Shown here: positions 1 to 8,592 of the stretch, piece after piece
Layout: the number at the start of each line of letters is the position of its first letter
How positions within the stretch are numbered: position 1 is the stretch's first letter
DNA from: Chloroflexota bacterium
Lineage (GTDB): Bacteria; Chloroflexota; Limnocylindria; P2-11E
DNA length: 64,000 bases
Direction of reading: 5' to 3'
Assembly: GCA_005889075.1 (NCBI GenBank)
Contig: VBDQ01000024.1
Coordinates: forward strand, 6,522-70,521
Notes under the pieces: generated by a model
The model's database searches: none
What the model was told of the DNA's origin: nothing
What the model saw: the letters and a program-made list of their open reading frames with translations, nothing else
Translations under genes and position numbers: made by a program

Positions 1-456
1 CTCGATCTCAAGAGCGAAGCGCATCTGCGGCGCGCCGGCGCCGACGACATCGTCATCAGCGGCGAGTTCAACGGCTTCCTGCTGTCGTCGGCGGCGGTCG
101 CCCCCGGCGTCGCTCAGGTCGTTCGTCCGATGCTTTCGCTCTCCGGAAGCGAGCTGCGCCGCGTCCCGGTGCCCGCGCAGTACGTCGGACGCACCTTTGC
201 GGAGCTCTCGGCAGCCCTTCGCGCCCGGGACGGTTTCCTGACGATCGCCGTCATCAGCGAGAATCCCGGGCTCACTCTGGACCAGCTCCTCGCCGACGAC
301 ACGTCGCTCGTCGATCGGTTCATCAAAGACCAGTTCAGCGAGGCCGGTCGCGAATTCCTGCGTTTCGAGGGTGAGGCGACGAGGGCGCTCGTGAATCCCG
401 CCGATGACTACCGGATCGGACCGAACGATTCGGTCGTGGGCATCCCGCGCCGATGA
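1..456 (+). CDS. RCK/TrkA-C domain potassium-channel-family protein, C-terminal part (5' end outside window)
   Basis: Frame 1 is open from base 1 to TGA 454-456. The translated tail (ADDIVISGEFNG..., FLTIAVISENPG..., IGPNDSVVGIP) resembles an RCK/TrkA-C ligand-binding domain. The stop overlaps the next start (ATGA). Confidence 0.55.
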   Translation, partial: LDLKSEAHLRRAGADDIVISGEFNGFLLSSAAVAPGVAQVVRPMLSLSGSELRRVPVPAQYVGRTFAELSAALRARDGFLTIAVISENPGLTLDQLLADDTSLVDRFIKDQFSEAGREFLRFEGEATRALVNPADDYRIGPNDSVVGIPRR

Positions 457-956
457 GCGTCGAGGTCGAGCCGCTCCGCACATTGACGGTCTTCGCCGGA
501 CTCTCCGACGGACAGCTCGAGCGGGTGGCGGCCGTGCTCAAGCGTCACGCGATCCCAGCCGGAATGGAGGTCCTCACCGAGGGCGAGAAAAGCACGTCGC
601 TCTTCGTCCTCGCTCGAGGCTCCGTTGGCACGAGCAAGCGACTCGGTCTCGCGGTCCGCGGACCGATGGATGCGGCGAAACAGAAGTTCCTCCTTCACAT
701 CAACGCGCCCCAGTTCTTCGGTGAGATCGGGCTGCTCACCGATCACGAGCGCTCGGCGACGATCACCGCGCAGACGGAGTGCGAAGTGCTGGAGCTTCGA
801 CGCGCGGACTTCGACCGACTCGCCCAGGACGATGTTTCCTTCGGCTATCAGGTGGTCCGGAATATCGCGGGCGTGCTCGCCGATCGGCTTCGCAACACCG
901 ATCACGACGTTCTGAAGCTGACGGCCGCCCTCAGCCTTTCGCTCGGCAACCGGTGA
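453..956 (+). CDS. cyclic nucleotide-binding domain protein
   Basis: 167-aa ORF with the cNMP-binding signature (FFGEIGLL...RSATITA). ATGA overlap with the upstream gene. Confidence 0.8.
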   Translation: MSVEVEPLRTLTVFAGLSDGQLERVAAVLKRHAIPAGMEVLTEGEKSTSLFVLARGSVGTSKRLGLAVRGPMDAAKQKFLLHINAPQFFGEIGLLTDHERSATITAQTECEVLELRRADFDRLAQDDVSFGYQVVRNIAGVLADRLRNTDHDVLKLTAALSLSLGNR

Positions 957-2695
957 CAAACCTTGGGGGGCTTTGCCCCCCAAGCCCCCTGCGCGTCGCG
1001 CTCCTCGCGGTTCTCGCGATGTTCGCCGGTGCCGGCACCGCGGCAGCGGACGAGGGCTGGGTCATCACGAGCTTCGCCGCCGACATCGCGATCCAGCCAG
1101 ATGCTTCGCTCCACATCGTCGAAGCGATCGACCTCGACTTTGGGGCACTGGAGCGGCACGGCATCTTCAGAGACATCCCCGTCCGCTACCACTACGACGG
1201 CACGCACCTGCGGGTGTATCGGCTGGACGTGCGGTCCGTCTCCGACGCGGCCGGTCGCGGCGTCTCCTACGAAACGAGCGATCTGGGCGGCTACCGCCGC
1301 ATCAAGATCGGCGACGCCAATAAGCTGGTCAGCGGTCACCAGAGCTACCGGATCACGTACGACGTCGCCGGCGCGATGAACGCGTTCGCCGATCACGACG
1401 AGCTCTTCTGGAACGTGAACGGAGGCACGTGGCCTGTTGCCTCACGCTCGGTGAGCGCGACCGTGCATGCCCCCGGCGGCATCGGCCAGGTCACGTGCTA
1501 CGAAGGGCTGGGCGGTTCGCGCGAGCCGTGCCGGATGACCTCGTCCTCGACGACGGCGACCTTCGCCTCGGCCCGTACCCTGCCGTCGGGCGAGGGGCTC
1601 ACGCTGGTGGCATCGCTTGCGAAGGGGACGGTCGCCGAGCCGAGCCCCATCCTTCAGCTCGACACGTCGGATCCCGGCGTATTCCTCGCGGCTGGCCCGA
1701 TGGTCCCCGCGGTCGCGGTATTCGTCCTGATCGCCGGCGTCGTGATGCTGTACTGGCGGTGGTTTGCGGTCGGCCGCGACCTGCGAGAGCGCCAGACGAT
1801 CGTCCCGGAGTACGAGCCTCCGGATCAGCGCCGGCCGGCAGAGCTCGGCCTGCTGGTCGACGAGAGCGCGGATACGAAGGACGTGACCGCCACCATCGTG
1901 GACCTCGCGGTCCGTGGCTATCTCACGATCTCCGAGCTTCCCGCACACGGCCTCTTCTCGAAGAAGGACTGGCTCCTAAAGAAGGCGGTGACGCCCAGCG
2001 GTCTCGCGCTCTACGAGCGGACCGTCTACGACGGTCTCTTCGAGGGCCGCGGCGAGGTGAAGGTCTCCGAGCTGAAACGCCAATTCGTCGACACGCTCCG
2101 CTCGGCCGAGACGGATCTGTATCGGGAGTCGGTGAGTCAGGGGTGGTTCTCTCGCCGTCCGGATACGACGCGCTGGATCTATCTCGGCCTTGGGTTCCTC
2201 TTGGTCTTCGCCGGCGTCGCGCTGATGTTCGTGCTGGGCGGCGCTCTGGGCGCCGGGCTGGTCGGGCTCGCGGTCGCCGCCGTCGGCGTGGTCGCGATGC
2301 CGCTCGCGAGGGTGATGCCGTCCAAGACCGCCGCCGGCGCCGAGCTTCTGCGTCGCGCGCTTGGGTTCCGCATGTACATGGAGGTCGCGGAGAAGGACCG
2401 CGCGAAGTTCGCCGAGCGGGAGAACATCTTCTCGGCGTACCTGCCGTACGCGATCGTGTTCGGCTGCGTCGACAAGTGGGCGCGCGCCTTCGCGGGCATC
2501 GACACGGCGCGGCAGACCGGCGCGTGGTACGTGGGTACGTCGCCCTTCAACGCGCTGCAGCTCTCGTCCTCGTTGCAGGGCTTCTCCGGCGATCTTGGCT
2601 CGGCGATCGCCGCGACGGCCGGCTCGAGCGGAGGAAGCGGCTTCAGCGGAGGCGCTGGGGGAGGCGGTGGTGGGGGCGGCGGCGGAAGCTGGTGA
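953..2695 (+). CDS. DUF2207 domain-containing membrane protein
   Basis: Lies within the 779..2695 ORF. The in-frame GTG at 953 forms a GTGA overlap with the upstream stop. Signal-like N-terminus, internal TM segments and a poly-Gly C-terminal tail (GGGGGGGGGGSW) are typical of DUF2207. The start is inferred. Confidence 0.7.
   Translation: MTNLGGLCPPSPLRVALLAVLAMFAGAGTAAADEGWVITSFAADIAIQPDASLHIVEAIDLDFGALERHGIFRDIPVRYHYDGTHLRVYRLDVRSVSDAAGRGVSYETSDLGGYRRIKIGDANKLVSGHQSYRITYDVAGAMNAFADHDELFWNVNGGTWPVASRSVSATVHAPGGIGQVTCYEGLGGSREPCRMTSSSTTATFASARTLPSGEGLTLVASLAKGTVAEPSPILQLDTSDPGVFLAAGPMVPAVAVFVLIAGVVMLYWRWFAVGRDLRERQTIVPEYEPPDQRRPAELGLLVDESADTKDVTATIVDLAVRGYLTISELPAHGLFSKKDWLLKKAVTPSGLALYERTVYDGLFEGRGEVKVSELKRQFVDTLRSAETDLYRESVSQGWFSRRPDTTRWIYLGLGFLLVFAGVALMFVLGGALGAGLVGLAVAAVGVVAMPLARVMPSKTAAGAELLRRALGFRMYMEVAEKDRAKFAERENIFSAYLPYAIVFGCVDKWARAFAGIDTARQTGAWYVGTSPFNALQLSSSLQGFSGDLGSAIAATAGSSGGSGFSGGAGGGGGGGGGGSW
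962..989 (-). repeat. G/C hairpin repeat element, copy A (reverse orientation)
   Basis: CTTGGGGGGC-TTT-GCCCCCCAAG plus a CCCCC flank. Perfect 10-bp stem. The reverse complement matches the copies at 8601 and 22167. Confidence 0.8.
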
Positions 2696-2744
2696 GAGAC
2701 GCGGATACCGCTCGGACCGTACAACCTGGCGGGTCGAAAGTCGG

Positions 2745-3986
2745 ATGACCGCGGCGCGACGCGATCTCATCCTGGGTGGGGTGCATCGGCCTTCACGCGC
2801 GCTCGTCATGCTTGGAGTCGCGGTGATCACGGCGAGCTGCATGAGCGCGGGGACGCCGAGCTTGAGCCCGCCGGCGTCCGCCGCGGCGCCCACGACTCGA
2901 TCGATATCGGCGCCGGTCGTCACCCGATTGTCGATACCCCAGCAGACAGAGCGCGTGCGGCTCAAGGTCGCCCCCGATCACGAGCACGTGCTCGTCTGGG
3001 ACATAGACGCGCAGTCCTTCACCTTCTTCGACTTGCAGGGCAACGTGCTGGCCACGGTCGACGGCCGCGCGCTGGGCATCACCTGGGCGGCGTGGCTCCC
3101 GGACGGCTCCGGCGCGATCTTCGCGAATGGTCCGCAGGTGCCGCAGCCGCGTGAGCTCTCGGTCCTCCGCTGGGGCCGACCCCGCGTCGACCTCGGACTC
3201 GCACTCGCTCCGGACATCGACGGGCCACCGCAGTCCCCGGACGGCGATTGGATCGCGCTCTTTGTCGACTGCTGCCGTCGACATGTCGTGGCCTTTCGTC
3301 TCGATGCGTCTGATCGCCGCGAGCTCATCTCGAGTGCGGCTCCGATCTCGTTGCTTGGCTGGGACGCGCGGTCGCACGTCCTGGTGCAGAGAGGGAACGA
3401 CATCCTCCGCCTGGGTCTCGACGGCACGCGCATCTCGACGGATCTCGGGCTGCCGGCCGGCGCGCACGCCACGTCGGCCTACCTCTCGGACCAGTCGCCA
3501 GATCGGCGCGTCACCATCTTGCGAGTGGCTGCGGACCGTCCGCTCAGCGACTCGTTCAACGGCTTCGGCGTGCGGTCCCTGATCGACGATTCAGTGTCCG
3601 AGGTCCGGCCGCCGCGGGCATACGCGATCGGCTGGATTGGCGGTCACGAGAAGCTCATGTTCCCCTGGGAGACCGTCTCCGGGCGGCGCACGGTGACCGC
3701 GTACGACGCGATCATGGGCTCAGAACGCCCACTCGGCGTCATCGGCGACGGTGTGCCGCCGAGCGCTGTATCGGGACGGATCCTGCTGTTCTTGGGCGAG
3801 CCGTCCGTCAACGCCGGCGGCGCGGTGTTCGCTGTTCTGCGGCTCGGCCTTGATGACGGATACAAGAACGTCAGCGCGGGCATCGATCTGGACGTGAGCC
3901 CGTTTCCACTCGCAGAGGGGCGGTTCCTCGTTTACGGGCGAGATGGCTGGCTCTATGTCATCGACGGCGAGGCAGCGGCGAGATGA
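2745..3986 (+). CDS. hypothetical lipoprotein, possibly beta-propeller/TolB-like
   Basis: In-frame ATG at 2745 inside the 2361..3986 ORF. The N-terminus has a hydrophobic segment ending ITASC (lipobox-like). I recognise no specific family. Confidence 0.5.
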   Translation: MTAARRDLILGGVHRPSRALVMLGVAVITASCMSAGTPSLSPPASAAAPTTRSISAPVVTRLSIPQQTERVRLKVAPDHEHVLVWDIDAQSFTFFDLQGNVLATVDGRALGITWAAWLPDGSGAIFANGPQVPQPRELSVLRWGRPRVDLGLALAPDIDGPPQSPDGDWIALFVDCCRRHVVAFRLDASDRRELISSAAPISLLGWDARSHVLVQRGNDILRLGLDGTRISTDLGLPAGAHATSAYLSDQSPDRRVTILRVAADRPLSDSFNGFGVRSLIDDSVSEVRPPRAYAIGWIGGHEKLMFPWETVSGRRTVTAYDAIMGSERPLGVIGDGVPPSAVSGRILLFLGEPSVNAGGAVFAVLRLGLDDGYKNVSAGIDLDVSPFPLAEGRFLVYGRDGWLYVIDGEAAAR

Positions 3987-4002
3987 ATCCCGTGAGACCC
4001 AG

Positions 4003-4076
4003 TGGGCGATGTTGGATTCGAACCAACGACCTCACGGATGTGAACCGTGCGCACTAACCGGCTGTGCTAATCGCCC
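4003..4076 (-). tRNA. tRNA-Val (anticodon CAC)
   Basis: The reverse complement folds as a cloverleaf. Acceptor GGGCGAT/ATCGCCC, D stem GCAC/GTGC, anticodon stem CACGG/CCGTG with loop TTCACAT, and T arm GTTGG-TTCGAAT-CCAAC. No encoded CCA. Confidence 0.85.
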
Positions 4077-4088
4077 TCCAGGTCGATT

Positions 4089-4526
4089 CTAGGCTTCTGC
4101 GTCGTGCGGCTTCGCGCGTTGCGGCTGCCATCCGCGGCGTCGCGCTTCCTTGAAGGAGGCCGGCTCCGCAGCGGCGGCGCCGTTGAGCATGTGACAGCCG
4201 CCGTCGAAGACGACGCCTTTGTCGATCACCAGTGACGGCGTCGCGAGGTCCGCCTTGACCCGTGCGCGGTCGCGAAGCTCGATCGATTCGGTCGCCCGGA
4301 TGTTCCCGCTGACCTCGCCGCTGACGACGACGGACCCGCAGCTGATCGTCGCCGAGACCTTGGCCGCCTCTCCGATGATGAGCCGGTCGGGGGTGTTGAT
4401 CTCGCCGGTGAAGCTTCCGTCGATCCGCAGCGGACCCTCGAAGCTCAGCTTGCCCTCGACGACCGAGGATGGCCCGAGCATCGCGTTCATGGCCGAGTCG
4501 CCCACACCCTGCATCGGTTCCCGCAT
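4089..4526 (-). CDS. bactofilin family cytoskeletal protein
   Basis: 145 aa with beta-helical repeats (VEGKLSFEGPLRIDGSFTGEI..., VVSGEVSGNI..., VVFDG) typical of bactofilin/DUF583. GGAGGG lies about 6 nt upstream of the ATG. Confidence 0.85.
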   Translation of the reverse strand: MREPMQGVGDSAMNAMLGPSSVVEGKLSFEGPLRIDGSFTGEINTPDRLIIGEAAKVSATISCGSVVVSGEVSGNIRATESIELRDRARVKADLATPSLVIDKGVVFDGGCHMLNGAAAAEPASFKEARRRGWQPQRAKPHDAEA

Positions 4527-4617
4527 GGATCCCTCCTGTCAAACGCGCGCCCTGAAGAACGTCGCCGGTGGCCGGACGCTACGGGCAAGTGCGCGAAGCG
4601 ATACCGGGCCGGATCGG

Positions 4618-5061
4618 CTAGGAGCGGGGGGCCGGCTCCCCGGGCAGGTGGAGGAGGTTCTCCACGTCGGCCACGCCGCCGATCCGGCGCGTGCGGTCGA
4701 GGATCTCGACGATCAGGCTGGGGTCTTCGACCTCGCCGCGAAGCTGGACGACGCCGGCGCTCGCGTTCACGTTGATCGCGCCCTTTGGGATGCGCGGATC
4801 GCGGAAGAGCTCGCTCATGACCTTCTGCGCCAGCGTGGCGTCGTCGAGATCGCGGGCCGCGTCCTGTCGTCTGGTCCGCGCTTTCAACCCAGCCGCTTCC
4901 GAGGCGACGCGTCGTGCCTGCCGCTCGACCTGTCGGCGACTGCGACGGGTGAGGCCGCCGATGCGGTCGCGCGCGACGGAACGCCGGTAGCCTCCCGTGT
5001 CGGGGTCGAGGAAGAACGACACGAGCGCGCCGGCAAGTGCGGCGAGCACGAGCCCGTACAT
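4618..5061 (-). CDS. BON domain-containing protein with N-terminal TM helix
   Basis: 147-aa ORF. The C-terminal part (INVNASAGVVQLRGEV...) resembles a BON domain. Confidence 0.65.
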   Translation of the reverse strand: MYGLVLAALAGALVSFFLDPDTGGYRRSVARDRIGGLTRRSRRQVERQARRVASEAAGLKARTRRQDAARDLDDATLAQKVMSELFRDPRIPKGAINVNASAGVVQLRGEVEDPSLIVEILDRTRRIGGVADVENLLHLPGEPAPRS

Positions 5062-5092
5062 GGACGCGCGCCGCCGCAGGGCGCGTGCCAGC

Positions 5093-5398
5093 TCAGCGCT
5101 CCGCGACGTTGAGGATCAGCCCGCTCGCGACGAGGAGCGCGAGCGCGATCGCGACCATGACGGCGATGCGACGGAAGTCCTTCAGCACGAACGAACGCTC
5201 GAGCGCGGCCGCCCTTTCGAGCGAGGCCGAAGGCGCGCCGATCGCGCGCGCGGTCCCCGTCCGCGACCCGTACCGCAGCCGCGACGGCGCAGGGCGCGTC
5301 GCATCGCGCTCGATGATCTGCGGGCGTGGTACCGACGCGCGCCGGCCAGCCTCCACCGAGCGGCGCGGACGCGAGCGCATGCGGTGCTTCTTTGCCAC
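5093..5398 (-). CDS. hypothetical small membrane protein (basic N-terminus, C-terminal TM)
   Basis: 101-aa ORF with a clear C-terminal hydrophobic helix (IAVMVAIALALLVASGLIL). No recognised family. Confidence 0.4.
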   Translation of the reverse strand: MAKKHRMRSRPRRSVEAGRRASVPRPQIIERDATRPAPSRLRYGSRTGTARAIGAPSASLERAAALERSFVLKDFRRIAVMVAIALALLVASGLILNVAER

Positions 5399-5436
5399 GG
5401 GAGGACGAGGATAGCGGACCGATATGCTCGGCCGCG

Positions 5437-5925
5437 ATGCAGCTGGATGAGCGGACGCTCTCCATCGCCCTCCCAGTGCTCGTCGTGATGATGGCCGCGC
5501 TGGCCCTCTGGCTGGCCCTCCTGCAGCGCTCGTACTCGGCGCTTCGCCAGCGCCTCCGGCGGCTGGTGCCGGAGGGCGCGGGTTTCGACGAGGTGCTCGA
5601 TCGGCAGCACAGGCGCCTCGAGGACGTCGCCGGACGCGTCGACGCGCTCAACAAGCTCCACCGCGAGCTCGAAGAGCTGACCCAGCGCAGCATCCAGAAG
5701 GTGGGCGTCGTCCGCTTCAATCCGTTCGCGGACACCGGGGGCGACCAGTCGTTTGCGATCGCTCTCCTCGACGCCGAAGGGAACGGGGTCGTGCTCTCGA
5801 GCCTGCACAGCCGCGCGGACACGCGGATCTTCGCCAAGCAGGTGCTGGCCGGGCGCTCACGGCACCAGCTCTCGGACGAGGAGCAGGACGCGATCCGCAA
5901 AGCCCTCGCGCCCGCCGGCGCGTGA
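5437..5925 (+). CDS. DUF4446 family protein
   Basis: In-frame ATG at 5437. N-terminal TM, coiled-coil region and a C-terminal VGVVRFNPF...GGDQSFAIALLD...G motif typical of DUF4446. Confidence 0.6.
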   Translation: MQLDERTLSIALPVLVVMMAALALWLALLQRSYSALRQRLRRLVPEGAGFDEVLDRQHRRLEDVAGRVDALNKLHRELEELTQRSIQKVGVVRFNPFADTGGDQSFAIALLDAEGNGVVLSSLHSRADTRIFAKQVLAGRSRHQLSDEEQDAIRKALAPAGA

Positions 5926-6821
5926 GCGACGAGCCGGCCCTCGGGGACGCCCGAGCCCTCGCGATCATCAACCCGGCGGCAGGAAAGGGCGCCGGCGAGC
6001 GGATGTCGCGGCGCATCGCGGAGGACTTCCGTGCGCAGGGGCTAAAGGTCGACATCGTGCGCACTCCCGCCCGCGACGAGGCGGCGCGTCTTGCTCGTGA
6101 AGGCGCGGCCGATGGCTACCGAACCATCGTCGCCGTCGGCGGCGATGGCACGGCGAACGAGATCGCGAACGGCCTCGTGGGGAGCGGGGCGGTCCTCGCG
6201 CTCTATCCGATCGGATCGGGAAACGACCTCGCGCGCGCGCTGGGCTATCCGCGCCGCCGGCGCGACGTGCTCAAGTTCCTGCGCGGCGCACGTCGTCGCT
6301 CGATCGACGTCGGAGAGGTGAACGGTCGGGTCTTCGTGAACGCCGCGGGCGTTGGGATCGACGGTCACGTTGCCGCGCGCGTCGCCGCGGCGATACGCGT
6401 CGTCGGTCCGACATTCGGCTACCTCGCCGGCGCGCTTCTCGGCGTCGCCACCTACCGCCCACAGCCGATGCGGGTCCTCGTCGACGGAGAGCTCCGCAGT
6501 GGCCGTTTCCTCACCGTCGTTGCGGCGAACGGCACCCACTTCGGCGCGGGGATGCGCGTCGCCCCGGACGCGGTGATGGACGACGGGCAGCTCGACGTTC
6601 TGCTCGCAGGCGACCTTTCACGCGCTGCGTCACTCGTCGCTCTCGCAAAGCTCTATCGCGGCACGCATATCGACGGGCGAACGATCGTGCTCCGCCGGGC
6701 CCGGGTCGTCGAGATCGAGCTCGAGCGCCCGCTCGCGATGGAGCTCGACGGCGAGGTGTCTTCGCAATCGCGACTCTCGATCAGGATCCGACCGCGCGCG
6801 CTGCAGGTGCTCTCGCGATGA
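5922..6821 (+). CDS. diacylglycerol/lipid kinase family protein (YegS/BmrU-like)
   Basis: 299 aa with INPAAGKG and VAVGGDGTANE motifs. GTGA overlap upstream. Confidence 0.8.
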   Translation: MSDEPALGDARALAIINPAAGKGAGERMSRRIAEDFRAQGLKVDIVRTPARDEAARLAREGAADGYRTIVAVGGDGTANEIANGLVGSGAVLALYPIGSGNDLARALGYPRRRRDVLKFLRGARRRSIDVGEVNGRVFVNAAGVGIDGHVAARVAAAIRVVGPTFGYLAGALLGVATYRPQPMRVLVDGELRSGRFLTVVAANGTHFGAGMRVAPDAVMDDGQLDVLLAGDLSRAASLVALAKLYRGTHIDGRTIVLRRARVVEIELERPLAMELDGEVSSQSRLSIRIRPRALQVLSR

Positions 6822-8227
6822 GGCGGGCCGATCCGCGCCGCGGTCTGCCATCGGTCGACGCCGTCCTCAAGGCCGCGCGGCCGGCTGCCACCGAGCGCGA
6901 GCGGTTCGTGAACGCGGCTCGGGCGGTGCTCGCGGAGGCGCGCACCACGCACGAGTCCGGCAACGCGGAGGCGTTCGCGGATCGTGCTCGCGCACTCCTC
7001 GCCGAGCGAGAGCGCCGGACGCTGTTGCCGGTCATCAATGCGACCGGCGTGATCCTGCAGACCAACCTCGGACGTGCCCCGTTGTCGGAGCGCGCGATCG
7101 CCGCGATGGTGGAGGCCGCGGGAGCGACGAGCGTCGAATACGACCTCGTCGCAGGGAAGCGAGGCGAACGGCACGGCCACGCGGCGCGAATGCTCGCGGA
7201 CCTCGCCGCAGCCGAGGATGCGGTCGTCGTGAACAACAACGCCGCGGCTGTGCTTCTGGCGCTCGCAGCACTGGCTTCGCGCAAGGAGGTCATCGTCGCG
7301 CGCGGCGAGCTCGTCGAGATCGGCGGTGGGTTCCGCATTCCGGACGTGCTACGGCGCTCGGGCGCGAAACTGGTCGAGGTCGGGACGACGAACCGGACCT
7401 ACGCCCGTGACTATGCGAGCGCGATCGGCGAGCGGACCGGCGCGATCCTTCGCGTCCACGCGAGCAACTTCAAGCTCACGGGGTTCGTCGCTCGGGCCGA
7501 AGGGCGCGAGCTCGCGGCGCTGGCGCGCGAGCGCGGGGTTGCGTACATCCATGACCTCGGCAGCGGAACGCTGCTCGACACCGCGGCATACGGTCTCGGG
7601 GCCGAGATGACCGTCGCCGCCGCGGTCGGCGAGGGGGCTGACGTGGTGACGTTCAGCGGAGACAAGCTCCTCGGCGGACCCCAGGCCGGGCTCGCCGTTG
7701 GCCGCGTGACCGCGATCGGCGCGCTCCGCTCGCATCCGCTGATGCGCGCGCTGCGGCCCGACAAGATCACGATCGCCGCCCTCATCGCGACGCTCGCGAG
7801 CTACCGCGACGATCGCGCGACCGAGGAGCTCCCGGTCTGGCGGATGATCGCGGCGCCGTCGAGCGATCTCGCCGGACGCGCGGGCGTCATCGCGGACAAG
7901 CTATCGCGCGCCGGCGTGCACGCCGAGGTCATCGAGACACGGTCGACGGTGGGCGGGGGCTCGCTCCCCGAGGAGACGCAACCCTCGTACGCGGTGGCGC
8001 TCTCGGGCGCGCCCGCGACGTCGCTCGCCGCGCGCCTTCGCTCCGCGCAGCCGCCGGTGGTCGCGCGCATCATCGACGAGCGCGTCGCGCTCGACCTGCG
8101 GAGCGTGCTGGCGGAGCATGACGAGGAGCTCGCGCGCGCAGTGGCCGCCGCGCTCGCAAAAGGGGGAGAAGATGGACCTTCGGAGCACTCGGACGGACCG
8201 CGCGCCCGCGCCGGTCGGTCCGTATAG
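6818..8227 (+). CDS. selA: L-seryl-tRNA(Sec) selenium transferase
   Basis: 469 aa with VINATGVILQTNLGRAPL, GELVEIGGGFRIP and FSGDKLLGGPQAG (PLP-Lys region). ATGA overlap upstream. Confidence 0.9.
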   Translation: MRRADPRRGLPSVDAVLKAARPAATERERFVNAARAVLAEARTTHESGNAEAFADRARALLAERERRTLLPVINATGVILQTNLGRAPLSERAIAAMVEAAGATSVEYDLVAGKRGERHGHAARMLADLAAAEDAVVVNNNAAAVLLALAALASRKEVIVARGELVEIGGGFRIPDVLRRSGAKLVEVGTTNRTYARDYASAIGERTGAILRVHASNFKLTGFVARAEGRELAALARERGVAYIHDLGSGTLLDTAAYGLGAEMTVAAAVGEGADVVTFSGDKLLGGPQAGLAVGRVTAIGALRSHPLMRALRPDKITIAALIATLASYRDDRATEELPVWRMIAAPSSDLAGRAGVIADKLSRAGVHAEVIETRSTVGGGSLPEETQPSYAVALSGAPATSLAARLRSAQPPVVARIIDERVALDLRSVLAEHDEELARAVAAALAKGGEDGPSEHSDGPRARAGRSV

Positions 8228-8558
8228 CCAGGCGATCGTCGCAGGCGACTTTGTCTTCTGCGCAGGCCAGATCGCGCTCGATCCGACGACCGGCGAGCTC
8301 GTCGGCGGCGATGACATCCGCGCGCAAACGAGGCGAGTGCTCGACAACCTCGCCGCGGTCCTCGTCGAGTCCGGATCCGGGCTTGACCGCGTGACGAAGA
8401 CGACCGTGTTCCTCACCGATCTCGCCGACTTCGTGGCGATGAACGAGGTCTATGGCGAGCGCTTTGCCTCGATCAAGCCCGCGCGCTCGACCGTCCCGGT
8501 CGGCGCGCTCCCACGCGGAGCGAAGGTCGAGATCGAGTGCATCGCGGTGACACGTTGA
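8172..8558 (+). CDS. ridA: RidA family reactive enamine/imine deaminase
   Basis: ATG at 8172 follows GGGGGAGAAG. PVGPYSQAI...GQIALDP...VFLTDL...R.TV.V..LP.GAKVEIE is typical of YjgF/RidA. The first 56 nt overlap the selA 3' tail in another frame. Confidence 0.85.
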   Translation: MDLRSTRTDRAPAPVGPYSQAIVAGDFVFCAGQIALDPTTGELVGGDDIRAQTRRVLDNLAAVLVESGSGLDRVTKTTVFLTDLADFVAMNEVYGERFASIKPARSTVPVGALPRGAKVEIECIAVTR

Positions 8559-8584
8559 GGGGGCTGTGCCCCCTCAAGACCCCC
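8555..8584 (-). repeat. G/C hairpin repeat element, copy B1 (reverse orientation, diverged)
   Basis: TTGAGGGGGC-TGT-GCCCCCTCAA plus a GACCCCC flank. The 10-bp stem contains the ridA stop codon. Confidence 0.7.
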
Positions 8585-8592
8585 GCGTGCCC

